64,000 bases of DNA from an uncultured SAR86 cluster bacterium (GTDB lineage: Bacteria; Pseudomonadota; Gammaproteobacteria; Magnimaribacterales; Magnimaribacteraceae): positions 47,556 through 111,555 of the forward strand of contig CALIUO010000007.1 of the NCBI GenBank assembly GCA_938048695.1, in the 5' to 3' direction. The notes under the pieces were generated by a model. It worked only from the letters and a program-made list of their open reading frames with translations. It had not been told where the DNA came from and did not search any database. Each line of letters opens with the position of its first letter. The first letter of the stretch is position 1. The translations under genes were made by a program, and so were the position numbers. Of the stretch, positions 1 through 9,137 are shown piece after piece.

Positions 1-1
1 C

Positions 2-1390
2 GAAGGATCTTTCTGTGGCCTTTAACTCTCGGAGCATCTCAATATCTTCAAATAGACCTGCATTAATTCCTGCGAGGAAAGCAGCTCCAAGAGAGGTAGT
101 CTCAATAATTTTCGGTCTTGTAACCTCAACAGTAAGGATGTTCGCAAGCTTTTGACAAAACCAATTATTTGCAACCATTCCACCATCTATCATTAGTTTA
201 TCCAAGGAGGCATTATCCTTTTTCATCGCTTCTATCAGGTCTCTGGATAGATAAGCAATCGACTCCAGTGTAGCTTTAGTGACTTCTTCCTTTCCCGTGT
301 CCCTTGTCAGTCCAAATATAGCTCCCCTTGCTTCCGCATCCCAATACGGTGCTCCTAAACCTGTGAGGGCTGGTACAACAAGAACTTTAGAATCCGATGA
401 CGCTTCTTGTGCCAGCTTCTCTGTTTCTGAGGAATCTTCAAAAAAATCTAAGCCATCTCTTAACCACTGAATTGCAGATCCAGCAACAAATATACTTCCT
501 TCAAGGGCATAGGAAGTTTTTCCATTAAGCCTATAGCCGATCGTCGTTAATAATCTATTTTCGGAAAACAAAGGTTTCTCACCAGTGTTTACAATCATAA
601 AACAACCGGTACCGTATGTGCTTTTTACTTCACCAGGACTGAAACAACATTGACCTATAAGGGCCGCCTGTTGATCTCCTGCAACACCGCCAATACTGAC
701 TTCTCCACCTAATATTTTCGTAACTCCAAAATCATATACATTGTCGCAAACTTCAGGAAGCATGCTTATAGGAACTTGAAATAAATCTAATAAGCTTTCA
801 TCCCACTTCTCTTGCTTAATATTAAAAAGCATAGTCCTCGAAGCGTTAGTTACGTCTGTTAAATGATGTCTGCCCTCGGTCATTTTCCATATCAAAAAAG
901 TATCTATTGTTCCAAATAGTAAGTCCCCTTTTTGTGCCAGCTCTTTGGCTCCGTCAACATTATTTAAAATCCAATTAATTTTCGTAGCAGAAAAATACGG
1001 ATCCAAAGTCAGGCCTGTTTTTTTTTGTATTTCTTTATCATGGGAAATAAGTCCCTCGCAGAAGCTTGCTGTCCTTCTATCTTGCCAGACTATGGCATTA
1101 TAAATTGGTTGCCCTGTTCTCTTGTTCCATACGATAGTTGTTTCCCGTTGATTAGTTATGCCAATAGAGGCTATATCTGAGCTAGTTAGTTCATTTCTTT
1201 TAACAAGAGTAGTAAGGGTTGCGATAACGGTATCCCAGATTTGATCTGGGCTATGTTCAACCCAACCTTCCATTGGAAAAAGTTGATCAAATTCTTGTTG
1301 AACAGAGTCTATGTATCTTCCTTTATTGTCATATAGAACAGAACGAGTGCTAGAGGTACCTTGGTCAATTGAAATGATTTTTTCTTTCAT
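2..1390 (-). CDS. glpK: Glycerol kinase (3' end runs off the window)
   Basis: Manual translation from ATG at 1390: MKEKIISIDQGTSSTRS...GITNQRETT...AIVWQDRRT...DPYFSATKI...AGDQQAAL...KSTYGTGCF...YALEGSIF. Absent from the ORF track because it has no stop in the window. Confidence 0.95.
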   Translation of the reverse strand, partial: MKEKIISIDQGTSSTRSVLYDNKGRYIDSVQQEFDQLFPMEGWVEHSPDQIWDTVIATLTTLVKRNELTSSDIASIGITNQRETTIVWNKRTGQPIYNAIVWQDRRTASFCEGLISHDKEIQKKTGLTLDPYFSATKINWILNNVDGAKELAQKGDLLFGTIDTFLIWKMTEGRHHLTDVTNASRTMLFNIKQEKWDESLLDLFQVPISMLPEVCDNVYDFGVTKILGGEVSIGGVAGDQQAALIGQCCFSPGEVKSTYGTGCFMIVNTGEKPLFSENRLLTTIGYRLNGKTSYALEGSIFVAGSAIQWLRDGLDFFEDSSETEKLAQEASSDSKVLVVPALTGLGAPYWDAEARGAIFGLTRDTGKEEVTKATLESIAYLSRDLIEAMKKDNASLDKLMIDGGMVANNWFCQKLANILTVEVTRPKIIETTSLGAAFLAGINAGLFEDIEMLRELKATERSF

Positions 1391-1436
1391 AATGTCTCCA
1401 AAAGCGCAGTATACAAAAAACTGACTTACTAAATAC

Positions 1437-1445
1437 TTATCCACA
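1437..1445 (+). promoter_or_regulatory. DnaA box upstream of nrdAB
   Basis: Perfect TTATCCACA about 140 bp upstream of nrdA. DnaA regulation of nrdAB is established in E. coli. Confidence 0.7.
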
Positions 1446-1495
1446 GAAAATTAACAGAAAATTTGTGTGTTTATAGTATTGTGTTTTAGTTAAAA

Positions 1496-1543
1496 ACACA
1501 GTATCTTGTGTCTGTTACTAAAACTAGACACAATATATAGGGA
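1496..1543 (+). promoter_or_regulatory. Tandem NrdR boxes
   Basis: ACACAGTATCTTGTGT (1496-1511) and ACACAATATATAGGGA (1528-1543), starts 32 bp apart, match the acaCwAtATaTwGtgt consensus. Confidence 0.85.
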
Positions 1544-1585
1544 TATATAAAAAAGAAGAAAAATAGAAAAAGGGGAAGGAATTAG

Positions 1586-4453
1586 ATGGAATCATCGACA
1601 CAGTCACCAGAAACAACACAAAAAACAGCCCAAACAACACAAGAACAGACAAAACCAGCAATAGCTCCAGGGCAGATGAGGGTTATAAAAAGAAATGGGT
1701 CAGTAGTATCTTACGACGCTGAGAAAATTGCTATAGCTATAACAAAAGCATTTCTGGCCGTGGAAGGAGGAGCCGCAGCAGCGTCAACAAGAATTCACAA
1801 TGAAGTAAATGAGTTAGCAAATGCAGTCACAAATACTTTTAACAGGAGAATGCCCTCAGGAGGCACACTTCATATAGAAGAAATCCAAGACCAAGTAGAA
1901 CTTGAACTCATGAGGTCGGGCGAACAGAAAGTTGCAAGAACATACGTCTTATATAGAGAAGAGAGAAAACAACTAAGACAACAGGAAGCACCTCAAAAAC
2001 AAGAGAAAGAAGGCATAAACATAACTTTAGAAAATGGAGATGAAGATACATTAGACATCAAACACCTTGAGGTTATGGTTGCAGAAGCATGTGAAGGCTT
2101 AGAAGGAACAAATGCTCAAAACATAATAGATGAAGCAAATAAAAATCTATATGACGGAGTGACTGAAGAAGATGCAAGAACATCTCTAGTTATGACTTCA
2201 AGAACTTTGGTTGAACAAGAACCAAACTATACTTACGTAACAGCTAGAATATTGCTAGACAATATAAGGACAGAAGCACTTTCTTATTTAGGAATGCAGA
2301 AACAAGCAACACAAAAGGAAATGGAAGGGCTCTATCCGCAGGCATTAAGAAATTTTTTGGCTAAAGGAGTAGAAAACGAAATCCTTAATCCAGAGCTCTT
2401 GGAAATGGATATAGATAAACTTGGGCAGGCCATTGACTCATCTAGAGATACGGAGTTTACCTACTTAGGTCTCCAAACACTTTATGATCGTTACTTTATC
2501 CATGATACGGAAATAAGGTATGAATTACCTCAAGTTTTCTTCATGAGAGTCTCCATGGGTCTTGCACTCAGAGAGAATAATAGAGAAGACAGAGCAATAG
2601 AGTTTTATAACTTGTTGTCTAGTTTTGATTATATGAGTTCAACCCCTACCCTATTTAATTCAGGCACCAAACACTCTCAACTTTCGTCATGTTACTTAAC
2701 AACGGTACCGGACGATTTGCACGGTATATACGGAGCTATACAAGATAATGCCATGCTATCTAAATGGGCAGGAGGACTGGGCAATGACTGGACTCCGGTA
2801 AGAGGATTAGGCTCACAGATCAAAGGGACAAACGGTAAATCTCAAGGAGTGGTTCCCTTCCTAAAAGTTGTAAACGATACAGCAGTTGCCGTAAATCAAG
2901 GAGGAAAGCGAAAAGGGGCAGTCTGTTCTTACTTAGAAACTTGGCACGTTGACATAGAAGAGTTCGTAGAACTAAGAAAAAATACAGGAGATGATAGAAG
3001 AAGAACTCATGATATGAATACGGCAAATTGGGTCCCTGACCTTTTCCTTAAAAGAGTATCTGAAGATAAAAAATGGACTTTATTCACACCAAGTGACACT
3101 CCAGACCTGCACGACTTATATGGCCTAGAATTCGAAAAGAGATATGAAGAGTATGAAGCTCAAACACAGACGGGAGAAATAGAATTCTTCAAAGAAGTGG
3201 ATGCAAAAGAACTTTGGAAAAAAATGCTTTCTATGGTCTTTGAAACAGGACATCCTTGGATAACCTTTAAAGATGTATGCAATCTAAGATCACCTCAACA
3301 GCAGGTCGGTGTTGTGCACTCTTCAAATTTATGTACTGAAATAACACTAAATACAAGTCAAGATGAAATCGCAGTCTGTAACCTGGGATCTGTAAATCTA
3401 ACCCGTCACATCAAAGACGGAGGCATGGATGAAGAAAAATTAGAGAAGACAATCAATACAGCCATAAGAATGCTTGATAACGTCATAGATATAAATTTTT
3501 ATGCCGTCAAAGCTGCAGAGACATCAAATATGAAGCACAGGCCAATAGGTTTGGGGATTATGGGCTTCCATGATGCGCTGTACATGTTACAAACTCCTTA
3601 CGCTTCACAAGAAGCGGTAGAGTTCGCTGATAAGTCGATGGAAATGGTAAGTTACTATGCTATAAAAGCATCAAGCGATTTAGCAAAAGAAAGAGGAGCT
3701 TATAAGTCTTACGAAGGTTCACTTTGGAGCCAAGGTATTTTACCCATAGATTCAATTAAATTACTCAAAGAGAGTCGAGGAGATGATTACCTTGAGGTAG
3801 ATGAGAGTTCTACAATGGATTGGGATTCTTTAAGAGAAAAAGTTAAAACTCAAGGAATAAGAAACTCAAATGTAATGGCTATAGCACCAACAGCAACAAT
3901 AGCCAATATAACTGGTGTGTCTCAATCTATAGAACCTACCTACCAAAACCTATATGTAAAATCTAATCTCTCAGGTGAATTTACTGTCACGAATATTCCA
4001 ATGGTAGAAAACCTAAAAAAACTAGGGCTATGGGATTCAGTGATGATAAATGACCTGAAGTATTATGACGGAAGTGTTAAAGGTATCTCTAGGATCCCAG
4101 ATGAAATAAAAGAGCTATACGCTACAGCATTTGATATAGAACCTAGATGGCTCATCGATGCGGCAAGTAGAAGACAGAAATGGATCGATCAAAGTCAATC
4201 TTTAAACCTTTATATAGACGAACCAAATGGGAAAAAACTAGATATCATGTACCGTATGGCCTGGTTAAGAGGTCTTAAAACAACTTACTACCTTCGCTCT
4301 AGATCAGCAACAACAGCTGAAAAATCTACGATATCAACGGGAGAGCTGAATGCTGTTTCTGCTTCTGCTCAACCTGAAGTCCAACCTCAATCAAATACCA
4401 CAGCACCAGCAGCATGTTCAATTCTTGATCCTGACTGTGAAGCATGTCAATAA
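1586..4453 (+). CDS. nrdA: Ribonucleoside-diphosphate reductase class Ia, alpha subunit (Pseudomonas-type, N-terminal ATP cones)
   Basis: VIKRNG ATP cone, TPTLFNSG, SSCYL, SNLCTEI, APTATI, KTTYYLRS, C-terminal CEACQ. Confidence 0.97.
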   Translation: MESSTQSPETTQKTAQTTQEQTKPAIAPGQMRVIKRNGSVVSYDAEKIAIAITKAFLAVEGGAAAASTRIHNEVNELANAVTNTFNRRMPSGGTLHIEEIQDQVELELMRSGEQKVARTYVLYREERKQLRQQEAPQKQEKEGINITLENGDEDTLDIKHLEVMVAEACEGLEGTNAQNIIDEANKNLYDGVTEEDARTSLVMTSRTLVEQEPNYTYVTARILLDNIRTEALSYLGMQKQATQKEMEGLYPQALRNFLAKGVENEILNPELLEMDIDKLGQAIDSSRDTEFTYLGLQTLYDRYFIHDTEIRYELPQVFFMRVSMGLALRENNREDRAIEFYNLLSSFDYMSSTPTLFNSGTKHSQLSSCYLTTVPDDLHGIYGAIQDNAMLSKWAGGLGNDWTPVRGLGSQIKGTNGKSQGVVPFLKVVNDTAVAVNQGGKRKGAVCSYLETWHVDIEEFVELRKNTGDDRRRTHDMNTANWVPDLFLKRVSEDKKWTLFTPSDTPDLHDLYGLEFEKRYEEYEAQTQTGEIEFFKEVDAKELWKKMLSMVFETGHPWITFKDVCNLRSPQQQVGVVHSSNLCTEITLNTSQDEIAVCNLGSVNLTRHIKDGGMDEEKLEKTINTAIRMLDNVIDINFYAVKAAETSNMKHRPIGLGIMGFHDALYMLQTPYASQEAVEFADKSMEMVSYYAIKASSDLAKERGAYKSYEGSLWSQGILPIDSIKLLKESRGDDYLEVDESSTMDWDSLREKVKTQGIRNSNVMAIAPTATIANITGVSQSIEPTYQNLYVKSNLSGEFTVTNIPMVENLKKLGLWDSVMINDLKYYDGSVKGISRIPDEIKELYATAFDIEPRWLIDAASRRQKWIDQSQSLNLYIDEPNGKKLDIMYRMAWLRGLKTTYYLRSRSATTAEKSTISTGELNAVSASAQPEVQPQSNTTAPAACSILDPDCEACQ

Positions 4454-4468
4454 AATTTAGGAGTTAAA

Positions 4469-5707
4469 ATGTTAAATTGGGATGATTACTACGAATCAGA
4501 AAAAACTCAGAAAACACAGCCTGTAGTTAAAGAAGAAAAGCCTGTGGAGGCTCCAACTTCTCAGGAAGTAATAGAAGAGTCGATTCCAGAACATATTCCT
4601 GCCTCGGCCGGAGATAGAGCTATGCAAGCAAAACAAGCTATCGAAGTTCTTGATACGAAAGAAGGAGAGGAAGAGCTAGAAGGACTTGCAGGAAGAGTTC
4701 AGGTAGATGATAAAGCTATGATTAATTGCAGGGCAGATCTCAATCAACTAGTTCCCTTCAAATATGATTGGGCTTGGCAAAAATATCTAGACGGAAGTGC
4801 AAATCATTGGATGCCGCAAGAAGTAAATATGACAGCTGATATTGCACTCTGGAAATCAAATGAAGGGCTAACGGAAGACGAAAGAACTATAGTTATGAGA
4901 AATCTTGGCTTCTTTTCTACAGCAGACTCGCTGGTAGCTAATAATTTGGTTCTAGCAATCTATAGATTAATTACCAACCCAGAATGCAGACAATACATAT
5001 TGAGGCAGAGTTTTGAGGAGGCAATCCACACGCATGCTTATCAATATTGTATAGAGTCATTGGGTATGGATGAAGGTGAAATCTTCAATATGTATCGGGA
5101 AATACCTAGCGTAGCAAAAAAAGCATCTTGGGGCCTTAAATATACTAAAGAAATATCTGATCCTGGATTCACAACCGGTACTGATGAAACAGATAAACTT
5201 CTTCTAAAGAACCTAATAGCTTTTTATTGTGTATTAGAGGGCATATTCTTTTATTGTGGATTTACACAAATACTCTCAATGGGCAGAAGAAACAAAATGA
5301 CTGGAACAGCTGAACAGTTCCAATACATACTCAGAGATGAATCTATGCACCTTAACTTTGGTATAGATATGATTAATCAAATTAAGATTGAAAATCCGCA
5401 TCTTTGGGATGAGCAAATGCGTCATGAGGCAGCACAAATGATCCTGGAGGGAACTGAACTAGAAATACAATATGCCAGAGATACGATGCCAAGAGGCATA
5501 TTGGGTATGAATGCAGGGATGATGGAAGAATATCTTCAATTTATTGCTAACAGAAGACTAGTTCAAATAGGTTTAGAGGAAGAGTTCGAAGGAGCAACCA
5601 ACCCCTTCCCTTGGATGTCTGAAATCATGGATCTTAGAAAAGAGAAAAACTTCTTTGAAACTAGGGTTATTGAATACCAGACAGGTGGTGCTCTAACCTG
5701 GGACTAA
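4469..5707 (+). CDS. nrdB: Ribonucleoside-diphosphate reductase beta subunit
   Basis: EEAIHTHAY (radical Tyr retained), [23 protein letters not shown]. Confidence 0.97.
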   Translation: MLNWDDYYESEKTQKTQPVVKEEKPVEAPTSQEVIEESIPEHIPASAGDRAMQAKQAIEVLDTKEGEEELEGLAGRVQVDDKAMINCRADLNQLVPFKYDWAWQKYLDGSANHWMPQEVNMTADIALWKSNEGLTEDERTIVMRNLGFFSTADSLVANNLVLAIYRLITNPECRQYILRQSFEEAIHTHAYQYCIESLGMDEGEIFNMYREIPSVAKKASWGLKYTKEISDPGFTTGTDETDKLLLKNLIAFYCVLEGIFFYCGFTQILSMGRRNKMTGTAEQFQYILRDESMHLNFGIDMINQIKIENPHLWDEQMRHEAAQMILEGTELEIQYARDTMPRGILGMNAGMMEEYLQFIANRRLVQIGLEEEFEGATNPFPWMSEIMDLRKEKNFFETRVIEYQTGGALTWD

Positions 5708-6441
5708 AGACCAAAATTATAGCTCATCGAGGCGCATCTAATGATGCTCCTGAGAATACTCTTTCGTCTGTGAAAGAAGGCTTCAATCAGAAATCGGATG
5801 GGGTTGAGGTTGATATAAGATTAACTAAAGACAGTAAGATTGTATGTCATCATGACAAGAGCGCCCTACGCACTACTGGAGTAAATAAAAACATTAAAGA
5901 TATGTCTTTGGAAGAAGTAAGGGCATTAGAATGTGGCAGTTGGTTTGGAAAATCTTGGAGTAATGAAAAAATTCCACAGCTAAAAGATGTCTTAGAATCC
6001 CTGCCTGTAGATAAACAAATATTTATAGAGGTTAAAACTAACAAAGAAATTGTTCCTTTTTTATTAAAAATTATATATGAAACGGGTATTAGTTTAGGAC
6101 AACTGACTATAATCTCCTTTTTTCCGGACGTCATAAAATCTATCAAAGGAAAAGAATCTCATATTAAATGTAACCTGCTTATCGCTTTTGATCATCAAGA
6201 TATGCCGATACAAGAGATATTGGATCTTGTCTTGGAGACTAAAGCTGATGGAATTGGAGCCCAAAATCATGAAAAACTTGATGAAAGATTTATCCAATCA
6301 ATGAAGAGTATTGGAAAATCGGTTCATGTGTGGACTGTAAACTCTAACGAAGAAGCTGAAAGATATTATAAAAGTGGCATAGACTCAATCACCACTAATA
6401 AGCCTCTATCTATAAGAAATTACTTAGAAGCTTTAAAATAA
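5698..6441 (+). CDS. Glycerophosphodiester phosphodiesterase family protein (start extended to a probable CTG at 5698)
   Basis: In-frame [16 protein letters not shown] lies upstream of the track's GTG (5770); also [27 protein letters not shown]. Confidence 0.85.
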   Translation: MGLKTKIIAHRGASNDAPENTLSSVKEGFNQKSDGVEVDIRLTKDSKIVCHHDKSALRTTGVNKNIKDMSLEEVRALECGSWFGKSWSNEKIPQLKDVLESLPVDKQIFIEVKTNKEIVPFLLKIIYETGISLGQLTIISFFPDVIKSIKGKESHIKCNLLIAFDHQDMPIQEILDLVLETKADGIGAQNHEKLDERFIQSMKSIGKSVHVWTVNSNEEAERYYKSGIDSITTNKPLSIRNYLEALK

Positions 6442-6456
6442 GACAAAGGAGAAATT

Positions 6457-6831
6457 ATGAAGAATCACAATTTAAATTTTTTAGAGCTTGTTGAGTCATC
6501 ACTGAAAGAAGTCAAGGAGTGTGATATACATCAAGTAAAGGCAATGCTTGAACGAGATGAAGATTTCTTTCTCATAGATGTTAGAGAAGATAGAGAATGG
6601 ATACAGGGCCATATTTTAGGTGCTGAACATCTTGGTAAAGGAGTGATAGAGAGAGATATTGGCAATCTAATCTCTGATAAAGACTCATTAATTGTACTTT
6701 ACTGCCAAGGTGGATTTAGATCCGCTCTAGCGGGTGAAAATATACAAAAAATGGGCTACAAAAATATACTCTCCATGAGTGGAGGATTTAGTGATTGGGT
6801 TAATAACAACTTTCCTATCGATAAACCTTAA
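6457..6831 (+). CDS. Rhodanese-like sulfurtransferase
   Basis: IDVRE..EW..GHI.GA, YCQGGFRS, SMSGGFSDW; SD AAGGAG upstream. Confidence 0.9.
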   Translation: MKNHNLNFLELVESSLKEVKECDIHQVKAMLERDEDFFLIDVREDREWIQGHILGAEHLGKGVIERDIGNLISDKDSLIVLYCQGGFRSALAGENIQKMGYKNILSMSGGFSDWVNNNFPIDKP

Positions 6832-6860
6832 TAAAAGCTAAAATATCCTTCTGGGGAATT

Positions 6861-8216
6861 ATGGAATCATCTAAACAAGTTGGTATAACTGAAGTTGTCG
6901 TAAGAGATGGAATACAGTCTCTTTTAGCAACAAGAGTGCCTTTGAGAGATCTAGTATCTATACTGCCAATTCTGGATAAAGTTGGGTATTGGTCACTTGA
7001 AACCTGGGGTGGTGCCACTTATGATTCTTGTATTAGATATCTGAATGAGGATCCCTGGGAAAGGCTTAGGACTTTTAATTCTCTCTTAAAAAATACCCCA
7101 CAGCAAATGCTTATAAGAGGTCAAAATTTAGTTGGTTACAAGCATTACTCAAATGAAGTTGTCTCTAAGTTTTTAGAAAAATCTGCAGAAAATGGTATCG
7201 AAATCTTTAGAACTTTCGATGCATTGAATGACTTTGATAATATCGAATTTTCAATTAAGGAAGTCAAAAGAATTGGGAAACATGCACAAGGAACAATAGC
7301 CTATACAACTAGTCCTGTTCATAATCTAAACACTTGGCTCGATCTAGCAAGGAAGATTGAAGATGCAGGAGCTGATTCTTTGGCTATTAAAGATATGGCT
7401 GGTCTATTGAGGCCTTTCGATGCTTATGACCTTGTTAGTAGCCTCAAAGAAAATCTATCCATACCAATTCACATGCAAACTCATGCAACAACAGGTATGT
7501 CTACCGCTACGAACATGAAAGCGATTGAAGCAGGAATTGATAATATCGATACATCAATATCATCTCTGAGTATGACTTACGGACATACTGCTACTGAGAC
7601 TATGCTTGCAATATTTGAAGGTCAAGATAGAGAGATCTATTTAGACTTAGATTCGCTAGAAGAAGTCTCTATTTTTTTTAAGGAGATTAGAGAAAAGTAT
7701 GCCGAATTTGAGGGAGGTCTTAAGGGTGTTGATTCAACAATGCTGGTAAAACAAGTTCCTGGCGGCATGTTATCTAATTTGGAATCACAATTAAGAGCAA
7801 ATAAGCAAGAAGATAAAATTGATCTTGTTAAAGATGAGATACCAAAAGTTAGAGAAGATTTCGGCTTTCCACCTTTAGTAACACCGGCTTCTCAGATAGT
7901 CGGGGCACAGGCCTTGCTCAATGTCATGAGTTCTAGAAGATATGAAAACCTTTCTAATGAATCTCTGAATCTTATTTTAGGTAAGTATGGAAAACTACCA
8001 GGAGATATCCAGCCAGATCTGCTGAAAAAAGCCCAATCTAAAGGAGTTGTAGAAACAAACTTAGATGAAGATGAAGTAGATAAAATGTCTAAGGAGCTGA
8101 AGGCTCTTTGTGCAGATAACGATTTACCTGACTTGAGTGAAAATGTAGAGATGCTACTGACTTATATTATGTTCCCAAATATAGCTCTTTCATTTTTTAA
8201 AAAATTAAACTTCTAG
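6861..8216 (+). CDS. Oxaloacetate decarboxylase alpha / pyruvate carboxylase B-type carboxyltransferase, without a biotinyl domain
   Basis: RDGIQSLLATR, ETWGGATYD, EDPWERL, IKDMAG, QVPGGMLSNL, PLVTPASQIVG; no AMKM motif. Confidence 0.88.
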   Translation: MESSKQVGITEVVVRDGIQSLLATRVPLRDLVSILPILDKVGYWSLETWGGATYDSCIRYLNEDPWERLRTFNSLLKNTPQQMLIRGQNLVGYKHYSNEVVSKFLEKSAENGIEIFRTFDALNDFDNIEFSIKEVKRIGKHAQGTIAYTTSPVHNLNTWLDLARKIEDAGADSLAIKDMAGLLRPFDAYDLVSSLKENLSIPIHMQTHATTGMSTATNMKAIEAGIDNIDTSISSLSMTYGHTATETMLAIFEGQDREIYLDLDSLEEVSIFFKEIREKYAEFEGGLKGVDSTMLVKQVPGGMLSNLESQLRANKQEDKIDLVKDEIPKVREDFGFPPLVTPASQIVGAQALLNVMSSRRYENLSNESLNLILGKYGKLPGDIQPDLLKKAQSKGVVETNLDEDEVDKMSKELKALCADNDLPDLSENVEMLLTYIMFPNIALSFFKKLNF

Positions 8217-9071
8217 TTATAAGTAGTTTGAAGCTGCTTCTGAAATTGGATCACCTTCTATTCTTGAGTGGTACATAATTCTGCCTTCGCTTAAATCCCA
8301 CATACAAGCTTGATGCATTAAACACCTATTATCCCAAATTACAGCATCACCAACTTCCCATGAATGGTGGTAAACCCAATCTTCGTTACTACAAGCATAT
8401 TCTTCTAATTCACGAGCAAGATTTTGAGCTTCCTGATCAGTCATGCTAGGTATTTTATTAATGTGTCTGCCAATAGTTAGACATTTTTGTCCTGTTTCAT
8501 TATGTGTCTTTACAAGGGGTCTTAGGGGTTTGGGGTCTATATCAAAACCATAACTATTAAACTCACTTACCTTTGGATCTTTGTGACCAAACCTTTCCTT
8601 TTGACTCCATTCATAAGAATGAAAGGCGGATAAATCATTGATCTTATCCTTCATGTCCTGACTAAGTCCTTGATAGGCTGCTCTCATATCTGCCCAACCC
8701 GTCTCACCTCCTTTAGATGGTACTTTGTGGGCAGTAAATACAGCCCCTTTAGCCTGTATAGGCATATAGGTACTATCATGATGCCATTCCATATTACCCC
8801 TTAGAGATTTGACTATATCATCATCATTGGCATCTCTTATAGATCCGTCATTTCTGACATTGCTGATTGGCGAAAGATCGAACTCTAGAGCACCAAAATT
8901 CTTTGCAAATTTAATTTGCTGATCATTAGTAAGATTTTGATCTGGAAAAATAAGCAAAGCATATTCCAGCCATAGCTTATAAAGCTCTTCAGCTTGATTT
9001 TGGTTTATTTCGGCCAAAGTTAAATCATAAACTTTTGCACCGAAAGATCTTTCTAATGGTTCTACTCTCAC
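8217..9071 (-). CDS. TauD/TfdA-family Fe(II)/2-oxoglutarate dioxygenase, SdpA-like
   Basis: WHHDSTY (HxD), GGETGWADM, WDNRCLMH, MYHSRI. Confidence 0.9.
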   Translation of the reverse strand: MRVEPLERSFGAKVYDLTLAEINQNQAEELYKLWLEYALLIFPDQNLTNDQQIKFAKNFGALEFDLSPISNVRNDGSIRDANDDDIVKSLRGNMEWHHDSTYMPIQAKGAVFTAHKVPSKGGETGWADMRAAYQGLSQDMKDKINDLSAFHSYEWSQKERFGHKDPKVSEFNSYGFDIDPKPLRPLVKTHNETGQKCLTIGRHINKIPSMTDQEAQNLARELEEYACSNEDWVYHHSWEVGDAVIWDNRCLMHQACMWDLSEGRIMYHSRIEGDPISEAASNYL

Positions 9072-9137
9072 TGACGTTTCTCTTTCTAGTTATATTTGTT
9101 AATCTAATATAAAACAGTATAAGTATTTTACAAAGTT

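Noticed and set aside
1437-1560. Possible replication origin (DnaA box plus AT-rich tract)
   Set aside because: Only one DnaA box, no dnaA/gidA context; explained by nrdAB regulation.
4469-5707. Possible class Ic (Mn/Fe) or otherwise radical-less NrdB
   Set aside because: The radical Tyr (HTHAY) and first Asp ligand (TADSL) are present, consistent with ordinary class Ia.
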